Assembly: GCA_951406725.2 (NCBI GenBank)
Contig: CATOCA020000002.1
Span: forward strand, 372,001-436,000
Length of the DNA stretch: 64,000 nucleotides
Reading direction: 5' to 3'
From: Octopus vulgaris
Lineage: Eukaryota
Shown here: piece after piece, positions 1 through 11,848 of the stretch
Layout: each line of letters opens with the position of its first letter
Numbering within the stretch: position 1 is the first letter of the stretch
Notes under the pieces: generated by a model
What the model was told of the DNA's origin: nothing
Databases searched by the model: none
Seen by the model: only the letters and a program-made list of their open reading frames with translations
Translations under genes and position numbers: made by a program

Positions 1-305
<305 letters not shown>

Positions 306-565
306 ACAAAATTAGAGAATGGAGAAACATACTTAAATCAGTAAAACATCAACTATCCGATGATACTCAATCCATACTTTAATACACCATTACATATGAG
401 TAAAGGCAATATATAAAATGAAATGAGATATACAGTAATAGTAAAAAGATAAAGAGATATAAGTAAAAAATTTCAAATATAATATGCAAATAAATCAAAA
501 CTGACAGCTGTTTCGGCAGTGAGGGCAGTCATACCTCATTTAACCTATAAGCCATAAAGGCAGGT
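306..565 (-). repeat. pLTR-like fragment with 3' half of a hammerhead motif; diverged paralog at ~1247-1515
   Basis: Minus strand reads CCGAAACagctGTC (~499-517) and CCGAAACagctGTA (~1495-1508). Both islands share ATGGAGAAA..TAAATCA..GAT(A/G)ATACTCAATC..ATACTTTA. The CTGANGA half is lost. Confidence 0.5.
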
Positions 566-631
566 ATATATATATATATATATATATGTATATAGACATA
601 TATATATGTGTATATATATATATACACACAC

Positions 632-662
<31 letters not shown>

Positions 663-683
663 TATATGTGTATATATATATAT

Positions 684-718
<35 letters not shown>

Positions 719-1099
719 CTAGCAGTATCGCCCGGCGTTGCTCAGGTTTGTAAGGGAAATAACTATAAAGCATTTTTAGAGAGTCATAGCCCAAAAATAG
801 CAAAAAAAAAGGAAAAAAATGGTAAATTTTTTTGAGAGTAAAAAAAGGTGGAGTTGCGTCCCCTAGACAGTTTGCAGTTTGTGTTTCTGATTCTCGACCC
901 CATGTCGAATTTATCGATTTTGTTCAGAACTGGGGGAACTTTTCAAAATTTTCGCTGCGTTAGTTTTGAATTATGACATTGGGCTATGTGTGTGCCAAGT
1001 TTCATCAGAATCGGTTGAAAGCCGTGGTCAGGGTGAGGGTACAAGCAAACAGACACACAGAAACACGCACAGACAAACTGCCGTTTATATAGAGAGAGA
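719..1099 (-). mobile_element. Non-autonomous Helitron-like element
   Basis: On the minus strand it starts TC and ends with a subterminal hairpin (cc(t/c)gagcaacgccggg) plus CTAG, inserted in A|T. The last ~50 nt match 63011-63059. Confidence 0.7.
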
Positions 1100-1190
1100 T
1101 ATATATATACACACATATATATATATATATATACACATATATATATATATATACACACATATATATATATATATACACATATATATATAT

Positions 1191-1247
<57 letters not shown>

Positions 1248-1640
1248 AGATAAGAAAATGGAGAAATACATCTAAATCAAATGTCATTTACCAGATAATA
1301 CTCAATCACATACTTTATTAAACCACCACATAAGAGACTGTAAGGTTAAATATAAAAAGCAGAACAAATCAGTGTACATAAAGGAATGTACATAAAAAAG
1401 TGTACATAAAAGAGTAATGTTGTATAATAAGTAGAATATATATAAAAGCGAATATAAATACAAGTAAATATAAATATAAGTATAAATTAGATCTTACAGC
1501 TGTTTCGGCCATAGACATACATGTATATATACAAATGCATATATATAGACATACATGTATATATGCACATGCATATATATAGATATACAGGTATATATAT
1601 ACATGCATATATATAGATATACATGTATATATACACATGC

Positions 1641-1699
<59 letters not shown>

Positions 1700-1721
1700 T
1701 ATATATACACAAATACATATA

Positions 1722-3430
1722 ATGGTTAGTGAGTGCTGTGCAAGCCATGTACAGGGACACTCTCAGTAAGGTGAGGATTGGCAACCAGTACAGTGAAGAA
1801 TTCCGGGTAGAGGTAGGGGTCCACCAAGTTTCAGTCCTCGGCCCCCTCCTATTTATCATAGTCCTCCAATAACAGAGGAATTCAAGACAGGATGCCCCTG
1901 GGAGCTCCTCTATGCTGACGACCTTGCTCTAATAGCTGAGTCACTATCAGAACTAGAGGAGAAGTTTCAAGTGTGGAAACAAGGATTAGAATCAAAGGGT
2001 CTTAGAGTCAACCTAGTAAAAACCAAAGTCCTAATAAGTAGGAAGGCAGGTAAACCACAAATCCCTTCAGGTAGATGGCCCTGCTCGATCTGTAGAAAAG
2101 GTGTAGGTAGAAACTCTATAAGATGTACCCAGTGTAAGCTATGGACACATAAGTGGTGCAGCAATATCTGAGGAAGGCTAACTGGGAAGATAGTTTTGCA
2201 TGTGGCAGATGCTCAGGAGCAATAAACACTGAAAATGTGCAGAGAACAACATCCACCACATTCCAAGGAGAAAAACTAGAAGTAGTTGATAGTTTCTGTT
2301 ATCTAGGTGACCAAGTCAGTAGTGGGGGAGGGTGCGCTGAAAGTGTAGCTGCTCAAATAAGAATAGCCTGGGCTAAGTTCAGAGAGCTCTTACCTCTGCT
2401 GGTGACAAAGGGCCTCTCACTCAGAGTAAAAGGTAGACTGTATGATGCATGTGTATGAACAGCCATGCTACATTGCAGTGAAACATGGGCCGTGACTGCT
2501 GAGGACATGCGTAAGCTTGCAAGGAATGAAGCCAGTATGCTCCAGTGGATGTGTAATGTTAGTGTGCATACTCAACAGAGTGCAAGTACCTTGAGAGTAA
2601 AGTTGGACCTTAGAAGCATCAGATATGGTGTGCAAGAGAGACGACTGCACTGGTATGGCCACGTGACAAGAATGGATGTGGATAGCTGTGTGAAAAAGTG
2701 CCACACACCTAGTGGCTGAGGGAACCTGTGGAAGAGGTAGACCCAGGAAGACCTGGGATGAAGTGGTGAAGCATGACCTTCGAACATTAGGCCTCACCAA
2801 GGCAATGACCGGGACCTTTGGACATATGCTATTCTTGAGAAGCCTCGGCAAGCCCAAGTGAGACCATAACCTCATGGCCTATGCCAGGGGTGTAACCATC
2901 CCACTTATGCGTACCTTTCCTTCATTGAACACTAAGCTCTGCTTGCGAAGACCTGTTGAGCAAGTGAAATCGAAATCAAATTCGATGATTGGCATCCATG
3001 CTAGTGGAGCGCTAAGAGTACCATACAAGCGCGATCGTTGTCAGAGCAACAAACTGACCTCCATGCTGGTGGCACGTAAAAAGCACCATTCGAGTGTGAT
3101 CATTATCCGCGTTGTCTTACTGGCACGTGAAAAAACATTCGAGCGAGGTCGTTGCCAGTGTCACTTGACTGGCTACTGTGCAGGTGGCACATGAAAAGCA
3201 CCATTTGAGTGTGGCCGTTGCCAGTACCGCCTGGCTGGTCCTCGTACTGGTGGCATGTAAAAGCACCCACTACACTCTTGGAATGGTTGACGTTAAGAAG
3301 GGCATCATGCTGTAGAAACTCTGCTAGATCAGATTGTAGTCTGGTGCAGGCATCTGGTTCGCCAGACCTCAGTCAAATCGTCCAACCCTTGCGAGCATGG
3401 AAAGCGGACATTAAACGATGATGATGATGA
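1722..3430 (+). mobile_element. 5'-truncated RTE-clade LINE (RT 3' part, 3' UTR, (GAT)n tail)
   Basis: Translates to GVHQ.SVL.PLLF, YADD and RLHWYGHV. Near-identical to 40085-41705. Broken by stops and frameshifts. Confidence 0.93.
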
Positions 3431-3439
3431 TATATACAC

Positions 3440-3508
<69 letters not shown>

Positions 3509-3600
3509 ATTTTAATCCAAACGGGAAACAAAAAAACAACAACAATGGAACAATTACAGTATTATTATTAATAGGCGCTCAGGAAATGGAAGCAGGGAGG

Positions 3601-3637
3601 TATGACGTTTCGAGCGGAGCTCTTCGTCGGAAACATA
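3601..3637 (-). ncRNA. Minimal (helix-III-less) hammerhead motif of Penelope pLTR type, one core substitution
   Basis: Minus strand: tttC(C)GACGA-a-GAGC-tcc-GCTC-GAAACGTCa, i.e. CTGANGA-like core, 4-bp stem II and GAAACGTC. Confidence 0.55.
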
Positions 3638-4329
3638 AAGAAGGAAGCGAGAGGAAAGAAAGATCCCGGAGCGGGCAACGGAGATAGAGAAAAAAACGAC
3701 TGGTGTTAGGAGTAGCACATGTTGAAAGGCGGATGTTTACGATAACAAGAGCAAAGTGGGTTTTTAAAGGCAAAAGAGTGGAGACAAGGTTGGTAACGCA
3801 ACAGATGTGTGTGTATGTGTGAGTGTGTGCGTGTGCGTGTGTGTATGTGTGTGTGTGAGGCGAGGTAAAAAAAACAAAAAATATATGTATGTGTTAGTGT
3901 GTGCGTCTGTGTGTAGGCGTGTGAGGTAGGGCGAGACGGTGGTCAGCATAGCAGCAGCATAGCAGACAAAGGTCAGTAGTGAGAAAAGGGAGGAAGGAGG
4001 AAGGGAGGGAGGGGAAGGGGTGGGGGCGTATGTAGCGTGCCAGCGTGTGTTGAGTAGTAGTGTGTGTGTGTGTCCAGTGTCGTGGTAGTATTAGTGGCGA
4101 GTAGATTGAATGTGTGTAAGAGTAATGTATATGTTTAAGCAATGTGTGTATATGTGTGCGCGTGTGTGTAACGAAAAAAAGGGGGGGGGGTTAGGAAAAA
4201 GACTCCAGCGGAGGGGAAGATGGAAGAGTGGTCCCGCGGAGACGGGCGTGGGAAAACCCAACGACAAGCGACATCCCAGGAACGGGCGGGAGGTCTCGTC
4301 GGGTCCAAGGGCGAGGTGCATGCGGTGCG

Positions 4330-5691
4330 CATGCGTGCGCGAACCGGCGCAAGCGCGTGTGTGCGCGCGCCTGCGAGTGTGCGCGTACGTATGTGTGTGT
4401 GTGGATGTGTGAGTGTGTCTGTGTGTATGTCTGGGTGGCAGTGTGTCCAATGAATGTATGTGAGTATGTGTGTATATATGTGTGTGCATAGATGTATGTC
4501 CGTGTGTGTGTGTGTGTGTGTATGTGTATGAGTGTGTATGTATGTACGTGTGGGTGTGGGGAAGTGTGTGTATGTGCATGTGTGTGCGCGAACATACAGG
4601 TGTGTGAGTGAGTGCGTGTGTGTGTATGTATGTGTGAGTGTGTATGTATGTGTGTGTAGGATGCATGTATGTGTATGGGTGTATGTATGCGTGTGTGTAT
4701 GTATGTATGTGTACGTGCGTGTGTGTGTGTGTATGCGTGTAGGCATGCGCGTGTGCATGCGTGCATGTATGTGCGTATGTGTGTGTGTGTGCATGTGTGT
4801 GGGTATATATGTGTGTGCGTATATGTGTGTGTATGTGCGTACATGTGTGTGTGTATGCATGTGTGTGTGTAGGTGTGTAGGCGTGTGTGTATAGGTGTAT
4901 GTATGTAAGTATGTATGGGTGTGTCCGTGTATGTGTGTATGTATGTGTGTGTATGTAGCTGTGTGGGCGTGTGTATATGTGTGTGTATGTAGGTGTGTGG
5001 GCGTGTGTATATAGGTGTATGTATGTATGTCTGGGTGTGTCCGTGCATGTTTGTGTGTGTGTGTGTATGCATGTGTATGTAGGTGTGTGTGTACGTGTGT
5101 AATGTATGTGTGTATGCGTGTGTATGCGTGCGTGTGTGTATGTAGGTGCGTGTGTATGTGTGTGGGAGTGTAGGTGTGTGTGTGCGTGTGCGTGTTTATG
5201 TTGGTGTGTGCGTATGTGAGTGTGAGTGTATGGGTGTTTGTCATGCATGTGTGTGCGCGTGCAGGTGAGTGTGTGTGTAAGTATGTGTGTGTGTATGTTT
5301 GTGTGAGTGTGTATGTGTGTATGTCTGTGTGTATGTATGTGCGTATAGGAGTATGTAGGTATGTGTGTGTGTATGTATATGGGTGTATGTATATATGTGT
5401 GTGTGTGTGCATGTGTATAAGTATATGCGTGTGTGCGTATGTGTGTGTATGTGTATGTGTGTGTGTTTTTGTATGTGTGTAGGCGTGAGTGTGTAGATGT
5501 ATGTATGTATGGGTGTGTGTCAGTGTGTGTTTGTGTGTGTGTGTAGGTAGATGTGTGTGTCTGAGTGAGGGTATGGCTGTGTAGGTGTGTGTGTGTATGA
5601 ATGTAAGTGTGTGTGTATACAAGTGTAATGTATGTATGTAGGTGTGTGTGTGTGTGTATGTGTACGTGTGTATGTGTGTATATATGTATAC

Positions 5692-5723
<32 letters not shown>

Positions 5724-5785
5724 GTATATATATATATGTATATATATACATGTATACATATATATATATACATATATATATATAC

Positions 5786-5831
<46 letters not shown>

Positions 5832-5840
5832 ATATATACA

Positions 5841-5887
<47 letters not shown>

Positions 5888-5920
5888 ATATATACACTCA
5901 TATATATATATATATATACA
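4330..5920. repeat. Long degenerate (GT)n/(GTAT)n then (TA)n microsatellite
   Basis: Direct inspection. Source of the spurious His/Thr/Tyr-rich ORFs. Confidence 0.95.
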
Positions 5921-5921
5921 T

Positions 5922-6174
5922 GCAATAATAAATCTCTGAACAAGGTAAAGACAGTAACTACACGACAATTTGAAGTATATTTGCCATCTAAATATAGCTA
6001 ACCACTAAGGGTGGATGTTACTGTAGCTTGTAGCCCCAGGAGAACATCTTCTCCAGCTGGCTATTGACACACTTTCTGTGCCCTATCGGTATTTGCAAAG
6101 GGAGGTCATCCTTCCCTCATCAACCTAAATGCAGTTTCTGGGTATTGACCCGTCATCAGCGCACGACAATCACC
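5922..6174 (-). repeat. Partial copy of the 345-nt HHR (retrozyme-like) monomer; HHR lacks its cleavage-site/stem I' strand
   Basis: Reverse complement matches 7950-8220. Contains GGTGATTGTCGTGCG-CTGATGA-C-GGGT-caat-ACCC-A-GAAAC-TGCA, then jumps to TTTAGGTTG (about 14 nt missing). Confidence 0.85.
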
Positions 6175-6314
6175 TTTCTCTTTATTATAGGCACAATGGC
6201 CTGAATGCAGAGGGGACATAACAATACAATACAGGACATGGGGTACATATAATAAAAATACAAAAAGGATGATATGAAATGAAATGGCCTACGAGCCCCA
6301 CAAAGCTCGCAGTT

Positions 6315-7666
6315 TCATTTACAATTACAGTTATACTGTCTGGGGTGTTCGTCCGTAATGTAAACAAGTAATTCATCTGGCTCTGTAACTCCAGGCAAAC
6401 TGTCATATCGAACGTAATGCACTATGGTTACAGTTGTATCTGAAAACAAATCTTTTAATTTATTTACCGTCTCTTTTTCCACTATTGCAGCCTTTATTTG
6501 GTTATCGTATATTCTCGGGTTCAATTTTATTCTCGTTAGATTTTTCATTATTGCTAATTTTTTCTCAATTTCTTTACCTTTTGTGTACAATATTACAGCT
6601 CTGAGATTCTTTCTTTTAGGTCTTCCTCCTTCCTTGCATACTTTCAGACATTCTTCCACTTTTGTTGACCATTTTTCCCATTCCTCCCACCTTGAACCTC
6701 CACTCACTTTAGTTGTTGTATCTCTCCCTTTGTGTATTTGATCCTCTGTCTCATCAGCATGCTCCTTTTTAGTTTTTTTCTTATTTTGGTCTTTGGATGG
6801 TGATTCCACCCGTGTCCGCTTTCTATCCTCTTTTTCTTCTGTTCTTTCCTCTTCTTTCTCCTTCACTAACTCGTCGTCACTTTCCATATCTCCTAAATCC
6901 TCTGTTAAAGCTCTTATTGCTTCCTCCAGTGTTATCTTCTTCACTTGTATTTCTCCTTCAGGACACACATCCTTCATGTGCCCTCTTCTCTTACATAACA
7001 CACCGGAGGTCTCCCCTCGACCACAACTCTCAGTCGTGTCTCGTCGGGGAACACCAACTCCTCCGGGATGATATACAAATCTAGCATGGTTATGTGAACT
7101 AAGGCTTCCACCGCATAACCCCACCAGTTTATTTCATTCGACTTTTCCACCTTAAGTATGTCCACGTTCTCCTTGCAGTTGTAGATTATTGCAGCTACTA
7201 TTCTTTCGGTATCAAGTTCCGGTGGGATTTTGCTTATTCGTATCCTCACCGCTCTTCTTCCACAATAACTAGGGAGTAAAACCCATTTTTCCGATCTCAA
7301 CACTGTCGTTGCGTTCCTTTTCGCTTCATCTTCATTTTCAAAGCGAACATCTACCGTAGCGTATTTTCTACCTCTATTGTAGAAGGTAGTTCTTCATTTT
7401 ATTTCTTGTAGACATTTTTCAATCTCTTCTACTTCTGCTACTTCTATTCTTTTTGAGACCACATTCCATGTTCTGTATGTTATGGTTTTTTTCTCCGCTT
7501 TTTTCACTTCGTCTTCAGGTTGTGTAACCCTCAGACAGTCTCCTTCCTTCTTGAAGCTGTCGTAGTATTTCCTCAGATTTTCCTTGTCGATAATTATTTC
7601 TTTTAACTGTAATTCGTTCGCAGCCAGGCTTTTGCCTGCTGCTCCCACATAAGTTTGGGCTTGCAT
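6315..7666 (-). pseudogene. Tx1/L1 ORF1-like protein (RRM-like + CCHC knuckle + basic/acidic linker + C-terminal domain), copy A
   Basis: ORFs 7394-7702 and 6974-7303 are in one frame separated by an in-frame TGA. A frameshift near 6990 leads to 6315-7124. Motifs: RIRISKIPPEL, VVVEGRPPVC..CKRRGHMKDVCP. About 56% identical to copy B over the first 90 aa (hand count). Confidence 0.75.
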
Positions 7667-7775
7667 ACCCAACAAAGAATTCAACAATTCAACAGGATGC
7701 AACAGTTTTCAACAACAATAATCAACAAAATTCAACTCACAACCGCAAATCCAATTCTTTGGATCCGTCACTGAT

Positions 7776-8310
7776 CTTAGTGGTTAGCCATATTTAGATG
7801 GCAAATTTTACTTCACATTGTCGTGCAGTTACTGTTTATACCTTGTTCAGAGATTTATTATTGCTTGTTTACAAATTTTCAAGATCAGTGACGAAAAGTC
7901 ACTGGAAAAAGGATATATGTATTTGCATTGGGACCCTTCCATCAAAACCGGTGATTGTCGTGTGCTGATGACGGATCAATACCCAGAAACTGCAGTCCGT
8001 GCGTATCACTTAAGTTGACGAGGGAAGGATGACCTCCCTTTGCAAATACTGATAGGGCACAGAAAGTGTGTCAATAGCCAGCTGGAGAAGATGTACTCCT
8101 GGGGTTACAAGCTACAGTAACACCCACCCTTAGTGGTTAGCCATATTAAGATGGCAAATATACTTCACATTGTCATGCAGTTACTGTCTATACCTCGTTC
8201 AGAGATTTATTATTGCTTGTTTACACTTTTTCAAGATCAGTGACACTGGAAATAGGATATATGTATTTGCATTGGGACCCTTCCATCGAAAACCGGTGAT
8301 TGTCGCGCGC
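7776..8310 (+). repeat. ~1.5 tandem copies of a 345-nt HHR-containing monomer
   Basis: CTTAGTGGTTAGCC..GGTGATTGTCG occurs twice; GGTGATTGTCG starts at 7950 and 8295 (period 345). Confidence 0.9.
7951..8009 (+). ncRNA. Type I hammerhead ribozyme
   Basis: GTGAT-tgt-CGTGTG | CTGATGA | c-ggat-caat-accc-a | GAAAC-TGCA-GTC | CGTGCG-t-ATCAC. Intact core, 2-bp helix III with palindromic TGCA loop, bulged helix I. Predicted cleavage after 7997. Confidence 0.85.
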
Positions 8311-8444
8311 ATAGTTGAAGTGTTGCTTTTTGCGGAGTTGGAGTTTATGATATTGTGAGTTGCAGAAATTGTGATTAGAAATTTTATTGTTGAAAGTACT
8401 ATTATTGAATTTTGAAAATTATTTTGTAGCTACCCTTTGAGGGT

Positions 8445-9716
8445 ATGCAAACAACAAGTTATGCTCAGGCAGCAGGCAAAAGCCTGTCGGCCGGCATGTT
8501 GCTGCTGAATGAAGTATTAATTGAGAAGGAAGGTTTGAAGAAATATTTCGAAAATTTCAAGAAGGAGGGTGATTGCTTACGGATCACACCATCCGAGGAA
8601 GACTCAGAAAAAGCGAGGAAAAAGATTATTGTATATAGAACGTGGAGTGTGGCCAACAAGAAAATAGAACTGGCAGGAACAGACGACATTGAGGAATGTC
8701 TTACGAAAATTAAAGACAGATCGACCTTCTACGCAAGAGGAAGGAAGTTCACCACCATGGAGGTGCGGTTTGAAAGTGAGGAGGAGGCCAAGAAACACGC
8801 TACCATGATATTAAGAACAGCTACGTGGGTGCTTCTCCCATCCTATTGTGGAAAATGAGCAACCAAGGTGAAAATAGGAATGGTGCAGCCGGAGTTAGAG
8901 GTAGAGATACTTGTAACATTTATAATTGTAAGGAGGATGTGGACATCCTAAAGGTTGAAAAATTGAGAGACGTCAACTGATACATATTACCCTGCCAGAT
9001 TTGTACAACATTGCAGAAGAGTTAGTGCTCCCTGACTGAGAGTCGTGGTGGAGGGGAGACCACCAATATGTTTTAACTGTAAAAGAATGGGACATATGCA
9101 AGCAAGGTGTCCCCTAAGAGAAGCACAGGCAGAAGAGGAGGAAATGTGCAGTGACGCAGCGAGAACGGAGAAAGAAGACAAAGAGGAAAAGGAAAAAGTT
9201 GAAGAAAAAACGGCAGAAAGAAAGAGAACAAGGGTGGAGTCACCACCAAAAAGCTCAAAGAAAAGTAAAGTAGAAAATGAAGGAAAAGTACAGAGATTCG
9301 AGCCCAGGAACTGAAAACAATGACAATGAGTGAAGAAGGTAAAACCAGAAAAGAGAAATGCGAAGAATGGATGAGGAAAGTGATGGAGAGAGTAAATCAT
9401 GTAAAACAAACAGGATGACCTACGGGAGAGAATGCAAGAAGGTTAATTTTGTATGTAAAAAATATGGAGATTGAAAAAAGATTAACCAAAACAAAAGGAC
9501 TGATACGAGTGAAATTAGAAAACGGCATGTTCGAACCAAGTGCTAGAGCAGTATTAATAGAAAAAGAAAAAAATAGACAAATTGGTAGAGACATTTAAAG
9601 GAAAGATTAAAGTAAGTAAAATAGACGTTCGCTATCACAGCCTGCCCAACGTAATTGGGATGGAGGATGTTATCAAACATATGGATAAGTGGAACAGTTG
9701 CAAAATGTATAAATGA
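8445..9716 (+). pseudogene. Tx1/L1 ORF1-like protein (RRM-like + CCHC), copy B
   Basis: MQTTSYAQAAGKSL..WVLLPSYCGK, then VEGRPPICFNCKRMGHMQARCP (CX2CX4HX4C), ERKRTRVESP and a C-terminal LILYVKNMEIEKRL..IRVKL..VRYHSLP block homologous to copy A. Several stops and frameshifts. Confidence 0.75.
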
Positions 9717-9877
9717 AACTGCGAGCTTGGGGGACTCATAAGCCATTCCATTTCCCATTACACATAACTCATTTTATAATCATTATTTGTTTTATGTACC
9801 CCAAATTTTGTATTGTTTAGTATGTAAATTGTAATGTACTATTTATATTCAGGCTACATGCCTATAATTAAGAGAAA

Positions 9878-10063
9878 GGTGATTGTTGTCCGTGTGTATC
9901 ACTTAGGTTGACGAGGGAAGGATGACCTCCCTTTGCAAATACTGATAGGGCACAGAAAGTGTGTCAATAGCCAGCTGGAGAAGATGTTCTCCTGGGGCTA
10001 CAAGCTACAGTAACGTCCACCCTTAGTGGTAAGCCATATTTAGATGGCAAATATACTTCACAT
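9878..10063 (+). repeat. Partial copy of the 345-nt monomer, HHR core deleted
   Basis: GGTGATTGT then TGTCCGTGTGTATCACTTAGGTTGACGAGGG..ATATACTTCACAT matches 7950-8170 minus the CTGATGA..GAAACTGCA segment. Confidence 0.88.
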
Positions 10064-10137
10064 ACATATATATGCTCATATATATACACACACACATATA
10101 TATACACATACACACACACACACACACATATATATAC

Positions 10138-10190
<53 letters not shown>

Positions 10191-10344
10191 TATGTATATA
10201 CACATATATGTGGGAAAAAATAAGTTCAAAAGATAGCTATTCAAACTTTTTGAGAGGTCCTAAAAGAGAAAGAATGATTTCTAATAAAGATTCATCATAT
10301 TCACAAAAAACACTCAAAGTAAGTAATAAGAATATGGAAACAGT

Positions 10345-11817
10345 AGTTGGAAAATATTGTTATAGGCATAAATATACCATAAACAATTACAGAAAAATGG
10401 AGGAGAAAAAGATGCTGCATCAAAATTAGATTTAATACAAAATAGGATTCAGTATATATGCGCGTTTCAAAGGACAATACAAATATGTAAGAAAAAAATT
10501 ATAATCATAGTAATTATAATTAAATTCATGCATTGTCATTTTTGTAAGGACATCCAAAAAAGTTTAATAGAATAAGTAAAATAAGATACAATAAGGGAGA
10601 ATACAAATGGGGTAATATGGAAAAATATTGGATATATACAAGCAAGTTGTAAAATGGAAAAAATAACAGTAATAGTAAGAGAGACAAAAGAGAAAAAAAA
10701 AAGACAGACATATCAATGTGTATGCCCGTCTATATATATGCAGTAACCTATAACAAAAATCAGAATAAAAATCTAACGGATATGTTTAAAAAAATGGTAA
10801 CAGGTCGAGACAAAGTATAATAAACAGGGCCAAGTTTGTATGGTAGAATATAACGTAACAGGTGAACTAGTAGAAAAAGACAATGGAGAGTTATACATAT
10901 TAATATTGAAAAACGAAAAAATATATATATTTTTTTACACAAGGCTAAAAGTGATAGGCAAGACTATGTTTGAAAAAGGTTACAATATTTAAGTAAAAAT
11001 GTACATACATTTGGCTTTTCTGTTTCTCCTAACTTATTTCTTTAACAATAGAAAACAAAATCTTTACTACAAGAATTAAACCTTCTCTACTACTTATACT
11101 AACCCCAACTATTCAAATAGCTCTGTATCTTCTACCAATGATTCCCATACACAATCTCTTCCTCTATCAACACATAACAATAGTTCGTCTAATATTAGTA
11201 GCAATTGTAACTGTAGAAACCCTAACACCTGCGAGGTTAAAAGTAATTGTAAAATGAATTATGTTGTATATAATGCTACTATAACAACACATGATCTCTC
11301 TAGGTTTCATTATATAGGTTGCATGCAGACCCCACTTAAATTACGTTTGAATAATCATAAATCATCTTTTAATGATCCTCGGAAAGAAAGTAGTACTAGT
11401 TTATCCAAAGAGGCATAGCAACTTAAAAGAGACAACATAAATTTCACAATTTCTTAGAATGTTGTTTCTTCTTATAGAATTAGAAATAGAACGTGCCCTT
11501 TATGCCTTGAAGAGTCTTATATAATTATGAAAATGAATGGTTCTATCTTAAATTCGAGAGATGAAAGAGTTTTTCTCTTGTAAGCATATGTCCAAATTTC
11601 TTTTCACTAACCTTAAACAGTATTATTGATTACCTCTTTGTCATTTTCTTATTGGTTCTTATTACATTCTTAGGTTATGTGTATGTATGTATGTGTTCTT
11701 GTGTGGATATGTGTATGCACTTGCGTTCATGTTTTTATATGTATGTGTGCATATATGTATATGTGTATATATATGTACATATGTATATATTTGTATTTTT
11801 ATGTGTATGTATACTTA

Positions 11818-11848
<31 letters not shown>

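Noticed and set aside
4180-4330. GC-rich island possibly encoding a Penelope endonuclease C-terminus
   Set aside because: Too degenerate to support a translation-based call.
4091-5968. 625-aa and 568-aa His/Thr/Tyr-rich ORFs, and all YIYI/CVCV ORFs in the track
   Set aside because: Translations of (CA)n/(TA)n microsatellites, which lack stop codons; not genes.
8068-8145. Possible twister ribozyme (..AATAGCCAGCT..GG(T/C)TACAAGCT..TGGTTA)
   Set aside because: P4 is weak, the T1 partner is missing, and the sister element at 18726-19020 lacks CAAGC. Kept only as an unnamed conserved structure.
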